DNA from: a virus | IMG/VR virus record: IMGVR_UViG_3300045988_176782 | Coordinates: 64,001 to 128,000 of that record | Length of the DNA stretch: 64,000 bases | Reading direction: 5' to 3' (one strand) | Shown here: positions 56,233 through 63,943 of the stretch, one piece after another | Layout: each line of letters starts with the position of its first letter | Numbering within the stretch: the stretch's first letter is position 1 | Translations under genes and position numbers: made by a program | Notes under the pieces: model-generated | Databases searched by the model: none | Seen by the model: only the letters and a program-made list of their open reading frames with translations | What the model was told of the DNA's origin: nothing

Positions 56233-57616
56233 AGAAGAAAATAACGATTTTTTAAAGTTTTTGTTAAATGAAAGGTTTTTTAAGAATTGGAAGAAACCTT
56301 CAAATAATGGCAAAGACTTACATTCTATTTCTCAAATTGAGTTTTATATTACTAACCAGTGTAATCAACATTGTGAGTATTGTTATTTATATAATAATTA
56401 CAATATCTATCCAAAAGAAGCCACAGAAGCAAAAACAATTCTTAATAATCTAACTATGGTTTTTAATTGGCTTATTGAAAATAATTATTATATTCAAACT
56501 ATTGATTATTTTTCTGGCGAAATTTGGCATACTCAATTAGGATTGGACATTTTGGATTTGACCTTTAAAGCTTTACAAAATGGTTTGCAAGTTAAACGAA
56601 TAATGATTCCTACAAATGGCTCATTTATTATGAATGATGCGGTTAAACAGAAAATTCAAAACTATATCAATGCTTTCCAAGACCTTGGGACAAGTCTTCA
56701 ACTGTCTTTTTCCATTGATGGTAAAGTAATTGACAACTTGAATCGTCCACGTAATGACAGTTCTAAATTATATACTGACGAATTTTATAATAAAGTATTT
56801 GATTTTGCTTATCATAATGATTTTTTCTTCCATCCAATGGTTGCTGCTTATTCTATTGAAAAATGGAAAGAAAACTTCTATTGGTGGAAAGAAATGTGCC
56901 AAAAATATAATTGGTCAACTCATTATCGTGTAATGATGTTGGAAGTGCGCAATGATGACTGGACGGAAGAAAAGATTAAAACTTATTGTGATTTTCTTAC
57001 ATTTTTAATGGATGATTTTAGAGAAGAAAATCCTCAATATGCTTCAATAGAAAATTTTTCTGAATTTATCTTTGGTAAATATATAACACTAGAAGAAAAC
57101 TATACTTACCTTCCTTGGGTACTTGCGCTAACTTCCGATGTTTTTTCTTGTACAATACCGTGTCAATTATGTATTCGTTTAGGCGATTTAGCTTTGGCAC
57201 CTTGCCATAGAACAGCATACGATAAATTTATCTATGGCTATTTTCAAACTCAAAATGGTCGCATCGTAGACATTAAGGAAAATAATTTTTATCTTGCTGA
57301 ACGATTTCTTTATATGAGCAATATTTACGCTACTCCTCATTGCGATACTTGTGTGTATAATAAGTTCTGTATAAAGGGATGCGCAGGTTCACAGTATGAA
57401 AATACTGGAGATTTATTCTTCCCTATTCCCTCTGTATGCAAATTAGAAAAAGCAAAAATTAATACAGCAATTAACTATTATCAAAAGAATGGCATAATTG
57501 ATTACTACAAAAATCTTCCTATTGACCATTTTATGTATTCAAGTGCCTCAAGACTTTTAGGAGAAATTTATGCTATTCAAAAAGAAACCGAAACTTATTC
57601 AATCTCTAACTCTTGA
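56216..57616 (+). CDS. radical SAM / SPASM-domain enzyme, 466 aa
   Basis: CNQHCEYC (CX3CX2C) and a C-terminal CDTCVYNKFCIKGC, which fits the SPASM CX2CX5CX3C signature exactly. GGAGA RBS, then ATG inside track ORF 56189..57616. Confidence 0.8.
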   Translation: MMKTFKEENNDFLKFLLNERFFKNWKKPSNNGKDLHSISQIEFYITNQCNQHCEYCYLYNNYNIYPKEATEAKTILNNLTMVFNWLIENNYYIQTIDYFSGEIWHTQLGLDILDLTFKALQNGLQVKRIMIPTNGSFIMNDAVKQKIQNYINAFQDLGTSLQLSFSIDGKVIDNLNRPRNDSSKLYTDEFYNKVFDFAYHNDFFFHPMVAAYSIEKWKENFYWWKEMCQKYNWSTHYRVMMLEVRNDDWTEEKIKTYCDFLTFLMDDFREENPQYASIENFSEFIFGKYITLEENYTYLPWVLALTSDVFSCTIPCQLCIRLGDLALAPCHRTAYDKFIYGYFQTQNGRIVDIKENNFYLAERFLYMSNIYATPHCDTCVYNKFCIKGCAGSQYENTGDLFFPIPSVCKLEKAKINTAINYYQKNGIIDYYKNLPIDHFMYSSASRLLGEIYAIQKETETYSISNS

Positions 57617-57809
57617 ACAATCTTGTCAAGGACAATTAACTACTACGGCGGAAAAAGTAGATATATATAGTGATGATACTGTTGTTCGTTATTATACATA
57701 TTCTATTCGTCATTTTGATAATATTGATGGCATTACGCCGCTTAATTATGTAGGACAAAAAATTTATAATCAGTTAACTGGGTATAAAGAGGAATTGACG
57801 AATTCCTAA
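57570..57809 (+). CDS. small protein, 79 aa, translationally coupled to the SPASM enzyme
   Basis: AGGAGA RBS 6 nt before the ATG. Overlaps the rSAM 3' end by 47 nt. Last gene before the terminator. Confidence 0.55.
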   Translation: MLFKKKPKLIQSLTLEQSCQGQLTTTAEKVDIYSDDTVVRYYTYSIRHFDNIDGITPLNYVGQKIYNQLTGYKEELTNS

Positions 57810-57970
57810 AATCAAAATAGATGAGACGATATTATAGCAGTTAAGTTTATTATCCAATTCACGGGAAAGCGCTTAACAGTCGCAGAAGAAAAAATAAAAC
57901 TTCTCTTCTAGTGTCGGCTCAATTGATTTATCTACGGCGATTTTAACAGGTGGTAATTCCATTACGAATT

Positions 57971-58001
57971 AAGAGGACAATTTTGTCCTCTTATTTTTTT
58001 T
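57971..58001 (+). terminator. rho-independent terminator of the late tail-fibre operon
   Basis: AAGAGGAC-AATTT-GTCCTCTT followed by ATTTTTTTT. Overlaps the next promoter (TTTACA, 17 nt, TGTATAAT). Confidence 0.8.
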
Positions 58002-58054
58002 ACAAAAAAGAAAATTTCGTGTATAATACAATTAACAAAGAAAGGAGCAAAGAT

Positions 58055-58369
58055 ATGAGACAAAAACATATAATTGAATTAGAACACGAAGATTTTCAAT
58101 ATTTATTAGAACATTGCGCAGAAAAGCTCTGGATATCTAAATCAAATAAAACATATTATCTTGTTATTCGCGGCTCTGAGCTGTGTCCGCATTGTCATCA
58201 AAGGACAGGTTATGGTGTTGTAGGAGAATATAATAAAATTGTTTGTCCGCAATGTGGTTTTGAGAGAACATTAATTGTATTAGATGATGGGAATGCAAAC
58301 GTAAATTTAGACCACATAAAGGCAAGTTCTTTGCTTATTTTCAAAGACAAAGGAGTACGTCATGAATGA
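58055..58369 (+). CDS. zinc-ribbon protein, 104 aa
   Basis: AAAGGAG RBS. HEDFQYLLEHC then CPHC..CPQCG. Internal ATG of track ORF 57950..58369. Confidence 0.55.
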   Translation: MRQKHIIELEHEDFQYLLEHCAEKLWISKSNKTYYLVIRGSELCPHCHQRTGYGVVGEYNKIVCPQCGFERTLIVLDDGNANVNLDHIKASSLLIFKDKGVRHE

Positions 58370-58817
58370 TTACCATATTACATTAAAACACGAAGATTTT
58401 ATGTATCTTCTTAAACATTGTACTTATCATCCAAAAGACAACTTGCAGCCTATAGTCGTCCTTGATAGTAATATTTGTCCAAATTGTGGGACTGAAGATG
58501 CCTGGCATTATGATAATAAGTCATTAACTGTCTCTTGCGCTTCTTGTGGGCATAACCGTACTAATATGTATCTTTCTGGAAGTGCGGTTCCCAGTAAAGA
58601 GGGCGGTGGCGGTGAAGTTGGATGGATGATTCCATCGGTAATTTTTCTTGATGAAAACGATGAAAAATATTTTAAGAAAATTTGTAAAAAAGCACGAAGG
58701 GAAGTATTTGTATGGAAAATCAAAAACCAACCCTCATTGTTATGGTCGGAGTTCCGGGAAGTGGTAAAGATTACCAAATTGAAAATAGTGAATTTCTTTA
58801 CGCAGATGGAGAAGTAA
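58362..58817 (+). CDS. zinc-ribbon protein, paralog of 58055..58369, 151 aa
   Basis: HEDFMYLLKHC then CPNCG..CASCG. Its 3' end overlaps the next gene by about 105 nt. Confidence 0.5.
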   Translation: MNDYHITLKHEDFMYLLKHCTYHPKDNLQPIVVLDSNICPNCGTEDAWHYDNKSLTVSCASCGHNRTNMYLSGSAVPSKEGGGGEVGWMIPSVIFLDENDEKYFKKICKKARREVFVWKIKNQPSLLWSEFREVVKITKLKIVNFFTQMEK

Positions 58818-59245
58818 AAAGAGAGGTCATAAGTCGCGACCTCGTGCGGTATGGGATGGTAAGGGAAGATGAAGAATATTTTTGTCGTGAAAAGGAAGTT
58901 TTTGAACAATATATTCTTCAAATTTCTAATGCTCTTTCAAATAATAAAATTGTAATTGCAAATGCCACTCAAGCTAATTATGGTAGCCGCAAAAAGCTTC
59001 TCCACGCTGTTGATGAAAAGTTTGGTCGCGATTACAATATTGTTATGTATTGTATTATTTGCGATTATGAAACTGCAGACCGTCGTAATAAGCAACGTGA
59101 AGGTAGAGCTGTTGTACCAAGCAAGGCTATGATGGAAATGTTTAATAATTTTTCTGTGCCAAATCTTAAAGAAGATGATAGGATTGAAAAAATTATCATT
59201 GAATGTTATGGTGCGTGTAGCATTATGCGGCGACAGAAAATTTAA
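58712..59245 (+). CDS. P-loop kinase, polynucleotide-kinase-like (AAA_33-type), 177 aa
   Basis: Walker A is GVPGSGKD. The overall layout (..ISRD.., ..IANATQANYGSRKKLL.., ..RNKQREGRAVVP) resembles PNK-type kinases. Confidence 0.55.
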   Translation: MENQKPTLIVMVGVPGSGKDYQIENSEFLYADGEVKREVISRDLVRYGMVREDEEYFCREKEVFEQYILQISNALSNNKIVIANATQANYGSRKKLLHAVDEKFGRDYNIVMYCIICDYETADRRNKQREGRAVVPSKAMMEMFNNFSVPNLKEDDRIEKIIIECYGACSIMRRQKI

Positions 59246-59263
59246 GGAAAGGAGAAAGAAGAT

Positions 59264-60055
59264 ATGAATCAAGTGTATTTTTCCTCGGATTTTCATCTGG
59301 GGCATTTGCGCGAATTTCTGTTTAAGCCTCGTGGTTTTTCTTGTATCGAAGAACACGACCGCAATATTATTGCAAATATCAATAAGGTTGTCGCAGAAGA
59401 CGATATTCTTTATATTCTTGGCGACCTTATGTTAAACGATAACGACAAGGGAATAGAATATCTAAAGCAAATTAAATGCCAAGATGTCCGTGTTGTGCTT
59501 GGCAATCACGATACGGATAATCGTAAGACTTTGTATGAATCGCTTCCTAACTTTACTATTCTTGGTTATGCTCATCCATTTAAATATAAGAAGTGGCGTT
59601 TTATGCTTTCTCATTATCCAATGGCTACAGCAAATTATGATGATGATGAAAAGCCTTATTTGAAGGTGCATAATATTTGCGGCCATAGCCATACCAAGAA
59701 TCGCTTTGACGATAAGACTGGCTCTTATCATGTGGAGTTGGATGCGCACGAAAATTTCCCTGTGAGTATTGATGAAATTATTTCTGATATTAAAAATCGT
59801 AAAGAAATTCAAAAAGTAGATACAATTATCCCTTACGAATGTTATACTACACACGAACACAGCCCTTTCCGTTTTGATGGTAATTGTCCTCATTGTGGCC
59901 AGCCACTTATGATTAATAGATTAAATCTACACGATATGGAAGTATGCCTTGACTCTTATAAGGGATATTCTTATCGTTTTAATGGACATTTTGTATGTGA
60001 AAATTGCGGAAAAGAAGTTAATGAATTTCAAACTTATTGGGGTGAGTTAAAGTGA
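59264..60055 (+). CDS. calcineurin-like metallophosphoesterase with C-terminal zinc ribbon, 263 aa
   Basis: SSDFHLGH, ILGDL, GNHD and CGHSH motifs in canonical order. C-terminal CPHCGQP..CENCGKE. Confidence 0.7.
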   Translation: MNQVYFSSDFHLGHLREFLFKPRGFSCIEEHDRNIIANINKVVAEDDILYILGDLMLNDNDKGIEYLKQIKCQDVRVVLGNHDTDNRKTLYESLPNFTILGYAHPFKYKKWRFMLSHYPMATANYDDDEKPYLKVHNICGHSHTKNRFDDKTGSYHVELDAHENFPVSIDEIISDIKNRKEIQKVDTIIPYECYTTHEHSPFRFDGNCPHCGQPLMINRLNLHDMEVCLDSYKGYSYRFNGHFVCENCGKEVNEFQTYWGELK

Positions 60056-60342
60056 AGCGGCGAAAGAAAACGGTTGGAACAAAAGTTTCTTCAGAAATTA
60101 AAACGCTATATAATAATATTATTAGAACCCATATTGTTTTATTGCACAAAACGAATAAATATGAATATTATTTTAGTCAAATATTTAATGATGCGCAATT
60201 ATTAGAACTATTAAGCTTATTTAACAAGCATGGATTCCAATCCACCGCGACTCGTATTGCGTCAGTTCAAGGAACAAGTTGTAATAATTGGTTATTTCAC
60301 ATTACTTGGGAGAAAGGAAAAATTGATTTATGCTTAGAATGA
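60052..60342 (+). CDS. small paralog family C member, 96 aa
   Basis: GTG start overlapping the upstream stop. Shares L..L...GF/GY .. (I/V).W with the next five genes. Confidence 0.45.
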   Translation: MKRRKKTVGTKVSSEIKTLYNNIIRTHIVLLHKTNKYEYYFSQIFNDAQLLELLSLFNKHGFQSTATRIASVQGTSCNNWLFHITWEKGKIDLCLE

Positions 60343-60623
60343 CTGCACATGACGCTTATAATGAAGCAACGAGACAAGAAGATGGTTTTTTCTCTACTTT
60401 ATATGAAGCTATTCAAGACAAAATTCTTGAAGCTACAAAAAAGAAGCAATTGCAAATGACTACACCTATTTATGCTTCTTTGGAAGAACTTTTTGAAGCT
60501 TTAAATATGCTTGAAAATGATGGATTTCAAACAACTGTTAGAATTATTAAATACGATGAAAAGCAACTTCCATATGTTGAAACAAGTGTTAGCGTTAATT
60601 GGTGTAATGAATTCCGTGATTAA
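60330..60623 (+). CDS. small paralog family C member, 97 aa
   Basis: MTAHDAYNEA.., LNMLENDGFQTTV, VSVNW. Confidence 0.5.
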   Translation: MLRMTAHDAYNEATRQEDGFFSTLYEAIQDKILEATKKKQLQMTTPIYASLEELFEALNMLENDGFQTTVRIIKYDEKQLPYVETSVSVNWCNEFRD

Positions 60624-60643
60624 AACAAATTGGAGATTAATCT

Positions 60644-60916
60644 ATGAAACTACCAACAGCACAAGAAGCACGGGCGTGGAGTAATTATAAGTATGACGAC
60701 CCGTTTATGTATATCTTAACAAAAATTTATGATGCGATTTCTAAACATCAGACTTCTACATTAATTATTTTTTCAAATAAATACGCAAATGATGAATTAA
60801 TGACACTTTATGTTGCTAATTTAGAACACAATGGTTATTCTGCATTTTACAGTAAATGGGAAGGTTTATATCACTTATATATTAATTGGTATGGAGAAGA
60901 AAATGATACAATTTAA
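60644..60916 (+). CDS. small paralog family C member, 90 aa
   Basis: LPTAQEARAWS.., LEHNGYSAF, LYINW. Confidence 0.5.
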   Translation: MKLPTAQEARAWSNYKYDDPFMYILTKIYDAISKHQTSTLIIFSNKYANDELMTLYVANLEHNGYSAFYSKWEGLYHLYINWYGEENDTI

Positions 60917-61169
60917 ACCAGCGATATATGCTCGTCAAGCAACATTAGAAGCCTTAAAAGTTGAAGAACTTGCAAAAGAAATTCAAAACAATATTAGTGC
61001 TGCTGCGAAAGCGGGCCAATGGAAAACCTGTTGTATTAATCCTAATTTTGGAACTGAAGTATGGATTTATCTAAGACGCTGTTTAGAGGCCCAAGATTAC
61101 ATTGTTGGTGAAATTGCAAAAGATTATGAACTTGTTGGTCTTGAAATTAAATGGATGGTATATAAATGA
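60903..61169 (+). CDS. small paralog family C member, 88 aa
   Basis: GGAGAAG RBS, then internal ATG of track ORF 60831..61169. Ends LEIKW. Confidence 0.45.
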   Translation: MIQFKPAIYARQATLEALKVEELAKEIQNNISAAAKAGQWKTCCINPNFGTEVWIYLRRCLEAQDYIVGEIAKDYELVGLEIKWMVYK

Positions 61170-61474
61170 ATTGCATTGAAGAAATTTTGGGCCACGATTT
61201 AATGACTGCCGATGAGGCTTATCATTCCACAATATTTGATTGTAGTTTAGAAACATTAATATCCATTGTAGATAAACAAATTCGCGCAGCAGTAGAAATG
61301 CGGTTAGATCATGTTAAAATTGATATGTCAAACTTTTATAGCTGTGAAATTGAAAGGATGTATTATATACTTAATGAATATGGTTATGAAGTAAAAACAG
61401 ATAGTTCTTACAATCTTATTATTACTTGGAATAATAAACATTTTGACAAGGATTATGGTGAAGATGATGATTAA
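61166..61474 (+). CDS. small paralog family C member, 102 aa
   Basis: MTADEAYHST.., LNEYGYEVKT, LIITW. Confidence 0.5.
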   Translation: MNCIEEILGHDLMTADEAYHSTIFDCSLETLISIVDKQIRAAVEMRLDHVKIDMSNFYSCEIERMYYILNEYGYEVKTDSSYNLIITWNNKHFDKDYGEDDD

Positions 61475-61718
61475 TGCAGACCAAGCAAGAGAATTAACCA
61501 AAGAAAGAAAAACTGTAGAACTTGACCGCTTTTTAAAAGCAGTAGAGGAAGCAGTTATCGCTACTGCAAACATAGGCGGACATATCTGTTATGTGGATAT
61601 TAATAAATATGAGTATAATCTTATTAGTTATGCGCCAGAAGTATTGCAAAATTTAGGTTATGAAGCAAATTTTGAATCTGATCATCAACAAACGACTTGC
61701 TTGGTGGTGAAGTGGTAA
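61455..61718 (+). CDS. small paralog family C member, about 85 aa (start ambiguous, 61455-61467)
   Basis: INADQARELT.., LQNLGYEANF, LVVKW. Confidence 0.5.
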   Translation: MVKMMINADQARELTKERKTVELDRFLKAVEEAVIATANIGGHICYVDINKYEYNLISYAPEVLQNLGYEANFESDHQQTTCLVVKW

Positions 61719-61924
61719 TGGATAGCTTAGATAAGCGCTTTTCTAAAGAAGAATTGAATTATCTTGATGTTTTTCTTTCAGACAAAAATAGTCCTGAAGA
61801 AATTCTTCAGAAACTTAAAGAACTTAGCATTTCTCCCCTAAATCCTAATGGTACTTTTAAAACTTTTTTCACTCTCACTGAAGAAATTATTAATGCTTTT
61901 CATCATAATAAAATTGACAATTAA
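61718..61924 (+). CDS. hypothetical protein, 68 aa
   Basis: The ATG overlaps the upstream TAA. Internal start of track ORF 61697..61924. Confidence 0.45.
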   Translation: MDSLDKRFSKEELNYLDVFLSDKNSPEEILQKLKELSISPLNPNGTFKTFFTLTEEIINAFHHNKIDN

Positions 61925-61965
61925 TAAATTTTCATATATAATTTTCTTGTAAGGAGTTGAGAGTT

Positions 61966-62124
61966 ATGACTTATGAAGAATTTGTCTTATGTAAAGTGCC
62001 AAATATTATTTCTTGTGAAAATTGCCCATATTATTCAAGTATGTGTCCACCTGTTAATTGTTTAAATGATTTTGAAAGTGAAGGCATAATTTGTGAAAGG
62101 TGGCTTGCTTTAAATGAAAAATGA
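61966..62124 (+). CDS. Cys-rich small protein, 52 aa
   Basis: AAGGAG RBS. Below the track cutoff. Translated by hand (CKVPNIISCENCPYYSSMCPPVNC). Confidence 0.45.
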   Translation: MTYEEFVLCKVPNIISCENCPYYSSMCPPVNCLNDFESEGIICERWLALNEK

Positions 62125-62275
62125 AAAACTACCTGTAAAGCCCTGGGAAGAAGTTTATCAAAAAATGCGGCGGCAATGGCCAGAAGGTTTTAAGCCCGCT
62201 ACAAAAATTGAAACCGATAAACGCAAAAAGCCACCCAAGCACAAGAAAAGAGAGGAAGAAAATTATGAAGGATGA
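62114..62275 (+). CDS. basic small protein, 53 aa
   Basis: Hand translation. Lys/Arg-rich. Overlaps both neighbours. Confidence 0.35.
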   Translation: MKNEKLPVKPWEEVYQKMRRQWPEGFKPATKIETDKRKKPPKHKKREEENYEG

Positions 62276-62624
62276 TAAATTTTGGTGGGATTTATCTGGA
62301 TTAGCAAAGCGGCAATATAAGCAGGAACGCCTTAAGGAAGGCATTAGTGAATATGATTGTTGGGATTTGGATGATTATTTAATTCATATTATTATTGTTG
62401 GGTTAAAAAAACTTGCAAATACAACTATTAGCTATCCTGGATTCGCGCCATATGAGACTCATGAAAAATGGGTAGAATATCTTCAAGACTTAAGCAAAAG
62501 ATTCCAAGAGTATTCTGAAATTGATTCTTTTGACTATTATCCTGACCGTGCAGACGAGTTAGTTGAAAAGCGTAATCAACTCTTTTTGGAGTTAAGTAAA
62601 GTTTTTCCTATGTTATGGAATTAA
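62265..62624 (+). CDS. hypothetical protein, 119 aa
   Basis: GAGAGGAAG RBS, then internal ATG of track ORF 62208..62624. Confidence 0.5.
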   Translation: MKDDKFWWDLSGLAKRQYKQERLKEGISEYDCWDLDDYLIHIIIVGLKKLANTTISYPGFAPYETHEKWVEYLQDLSKRFQEYSEIDSFDYYPDRADELVEKRNQLFLELSKVFPMLWN

Positions 62625-62639
62625 AAGGAGAATTGAATA

Positions 62640-63548
62640 ATGATTTGGTTTATTTTAGCAGTATTGGCATTAATTGCGGCGATTATTATTGCTATTCTAC
62701 GATATCAAGGAGCGAGCATCATTACTTTTGGGGCAGCGTTCCTATTCGGGATTTTATCAATTATTGCAAGTGTGCCTGCGGGTCATGTAGGTGTTGTATC
62801 TACTTTTGGTAAAGTAGATGAAAATGCTCGTGAAGCTGGTTTGTATGTAAAGGCGCCTTGGAGCTTTGTTACTCAAATGAGTATTCAAGAACAGCGTTAT
62901 GCTTTTGATACTGTAGCTTATAGCTCTGATATTCAAGAGGCCGCGGTTAAGGGCAGTGTTAATTATATCATTGATAAAACTGCCGCCGTCAATCTATATC
63001 GCACAGTTGGTGTAAATTATCTTGAGAAATTAATTGCTCCTCGTGTTGCGGAAAGTTTGAAAGACGTATTTTCTCATTATCGGGCGGAAGAGTTAATTAG
63101 TCAACGTGATTCTATCTCTAAAGCTATTTGCGAAAAAATGAATAAAGAATTAGAAGTATATGGTATCACAATTGTTGGATTACAAATTGAAGACATTGAT
63201 TATTCCGATCTTTTTACTTCTGCGATTGAAGCTAAACAGGTTGCGACTCAAGAGAAGTTGCGCGCTCAAACTGAGCAAGAACGTGTAACGATGGAAAAGG
63301 AAGCTCAACTTGCTCGTGATAAAGCACAAGCCGAGACTGATGCAGAGATTAAGCGTATTAATGCCCAAGCAGAAGCAGACCGTGTAAAGATGCTTGCAGA
63401 TGCAGAGGCAGAAGCTAATAAGAAAATTAGTGAATCTTTAACTGAAGACCTTATTAAGTATACCCAAATTTCCAATTGGAATGGTGTTATGCCTACGACA
63501 GTTGTTAATGGTAATAATACTATGCCTTTACTGTCTATTGGTGAATAA
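62640..63548 (+). CDS. SPFH/Band-7 (prohibitin/HflC-like) membrane protein, 302 aa
   Basis: N-terminal TM helices, then VPAGHVGVVSTFGKV..GLYVKAPW.. and a C-terminal Ala/Glu/Lys coiled coil, typical of SPFH proteins. Confidence 0.7.
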   Translation: MIWFILAVLALIAAIIIAILRYQGASIITFGAAFLFGILSIIASVPAGHVGVVSTFGKVDENAREAGLYVKAPWSFVTQMSIQEQRYAFDTVAYSSDIQEAAVKGSVNYIIDKTAAVNLYRTVGVNYLEKLIAPRVAESLKDVFSHYRAEELISQRDSISKAICEKMNKELEVYGITIVGLQIEDIDYSDLFTSAIEAKQVATQEKLRAQTEQERVTMEKEAQLARDKAQAETDAEIKRINAQAEADRVKMLADAEAEANKKISESLTEDLIKYTQISNWNGVMPTTVVNGNNTMPLLSIGE

Positions 63549-63556
63549 AAATTTTG

Positions 63557-63584
63557 GAGTGCGAAAGCACTCTTCTTTTTTTTT
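63557..63584 (+). terminator. rho-independent terminator
   Basis: GAGTGC-GAAA-GCACTC followed by TTCTTTTTTTTT. The next promoter (TTGACA 63583-8, 17 nt, TATAAT 63606-11) overlaps it. Confidence 0.8.
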
Positions 63585-63637
63585 GACAAAAATAAAAAAT
63601 TTTTATATAATATAATTATCAAGAAAGGAGAGAAACT

Positions 63638-63943
63638 ATGATAACGGTTCAAACAGGCAAAGAATACTTTAAACATATTCAAGGAAAACAACTTCAAATT
63701 TGTGAATGTTGGACTTGCCGCAATTTTGAAGGCGAAAACAAATGGTGTGGCCATAAAGGTATTGAAGTGAATTATAATACTGTTAAGGCCGATTGTGAAT
63801 ATTTTGACATAAAGGAATATTGCGGCGATTGTAAATTTTTCTTAAAGCGCTTTTCTTGTATTAAATATCCACATTGCACCATTCAAACTACCGATCACGC
63901 TTGTAAAAAATTTAAACCTAAGGATAAGGAGATTTATGTTTAA
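63638..63943 (+). CDS. Cys-rich protein, 101 aa
   Basis: GAAAGGAG RBS. Has 12 Cys, including CECWTC, CGDC and HAC. Confidence 0.55.
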   Translation: MITVQTGKEYFKHIQGKQLQICECWTCRNFEGENKWCGHKGIEVNYNTVKADCEYFDIKEYCGDCKFFLKRFSCIKYPHCTIQTTDHACKKFKPKDKEIYV

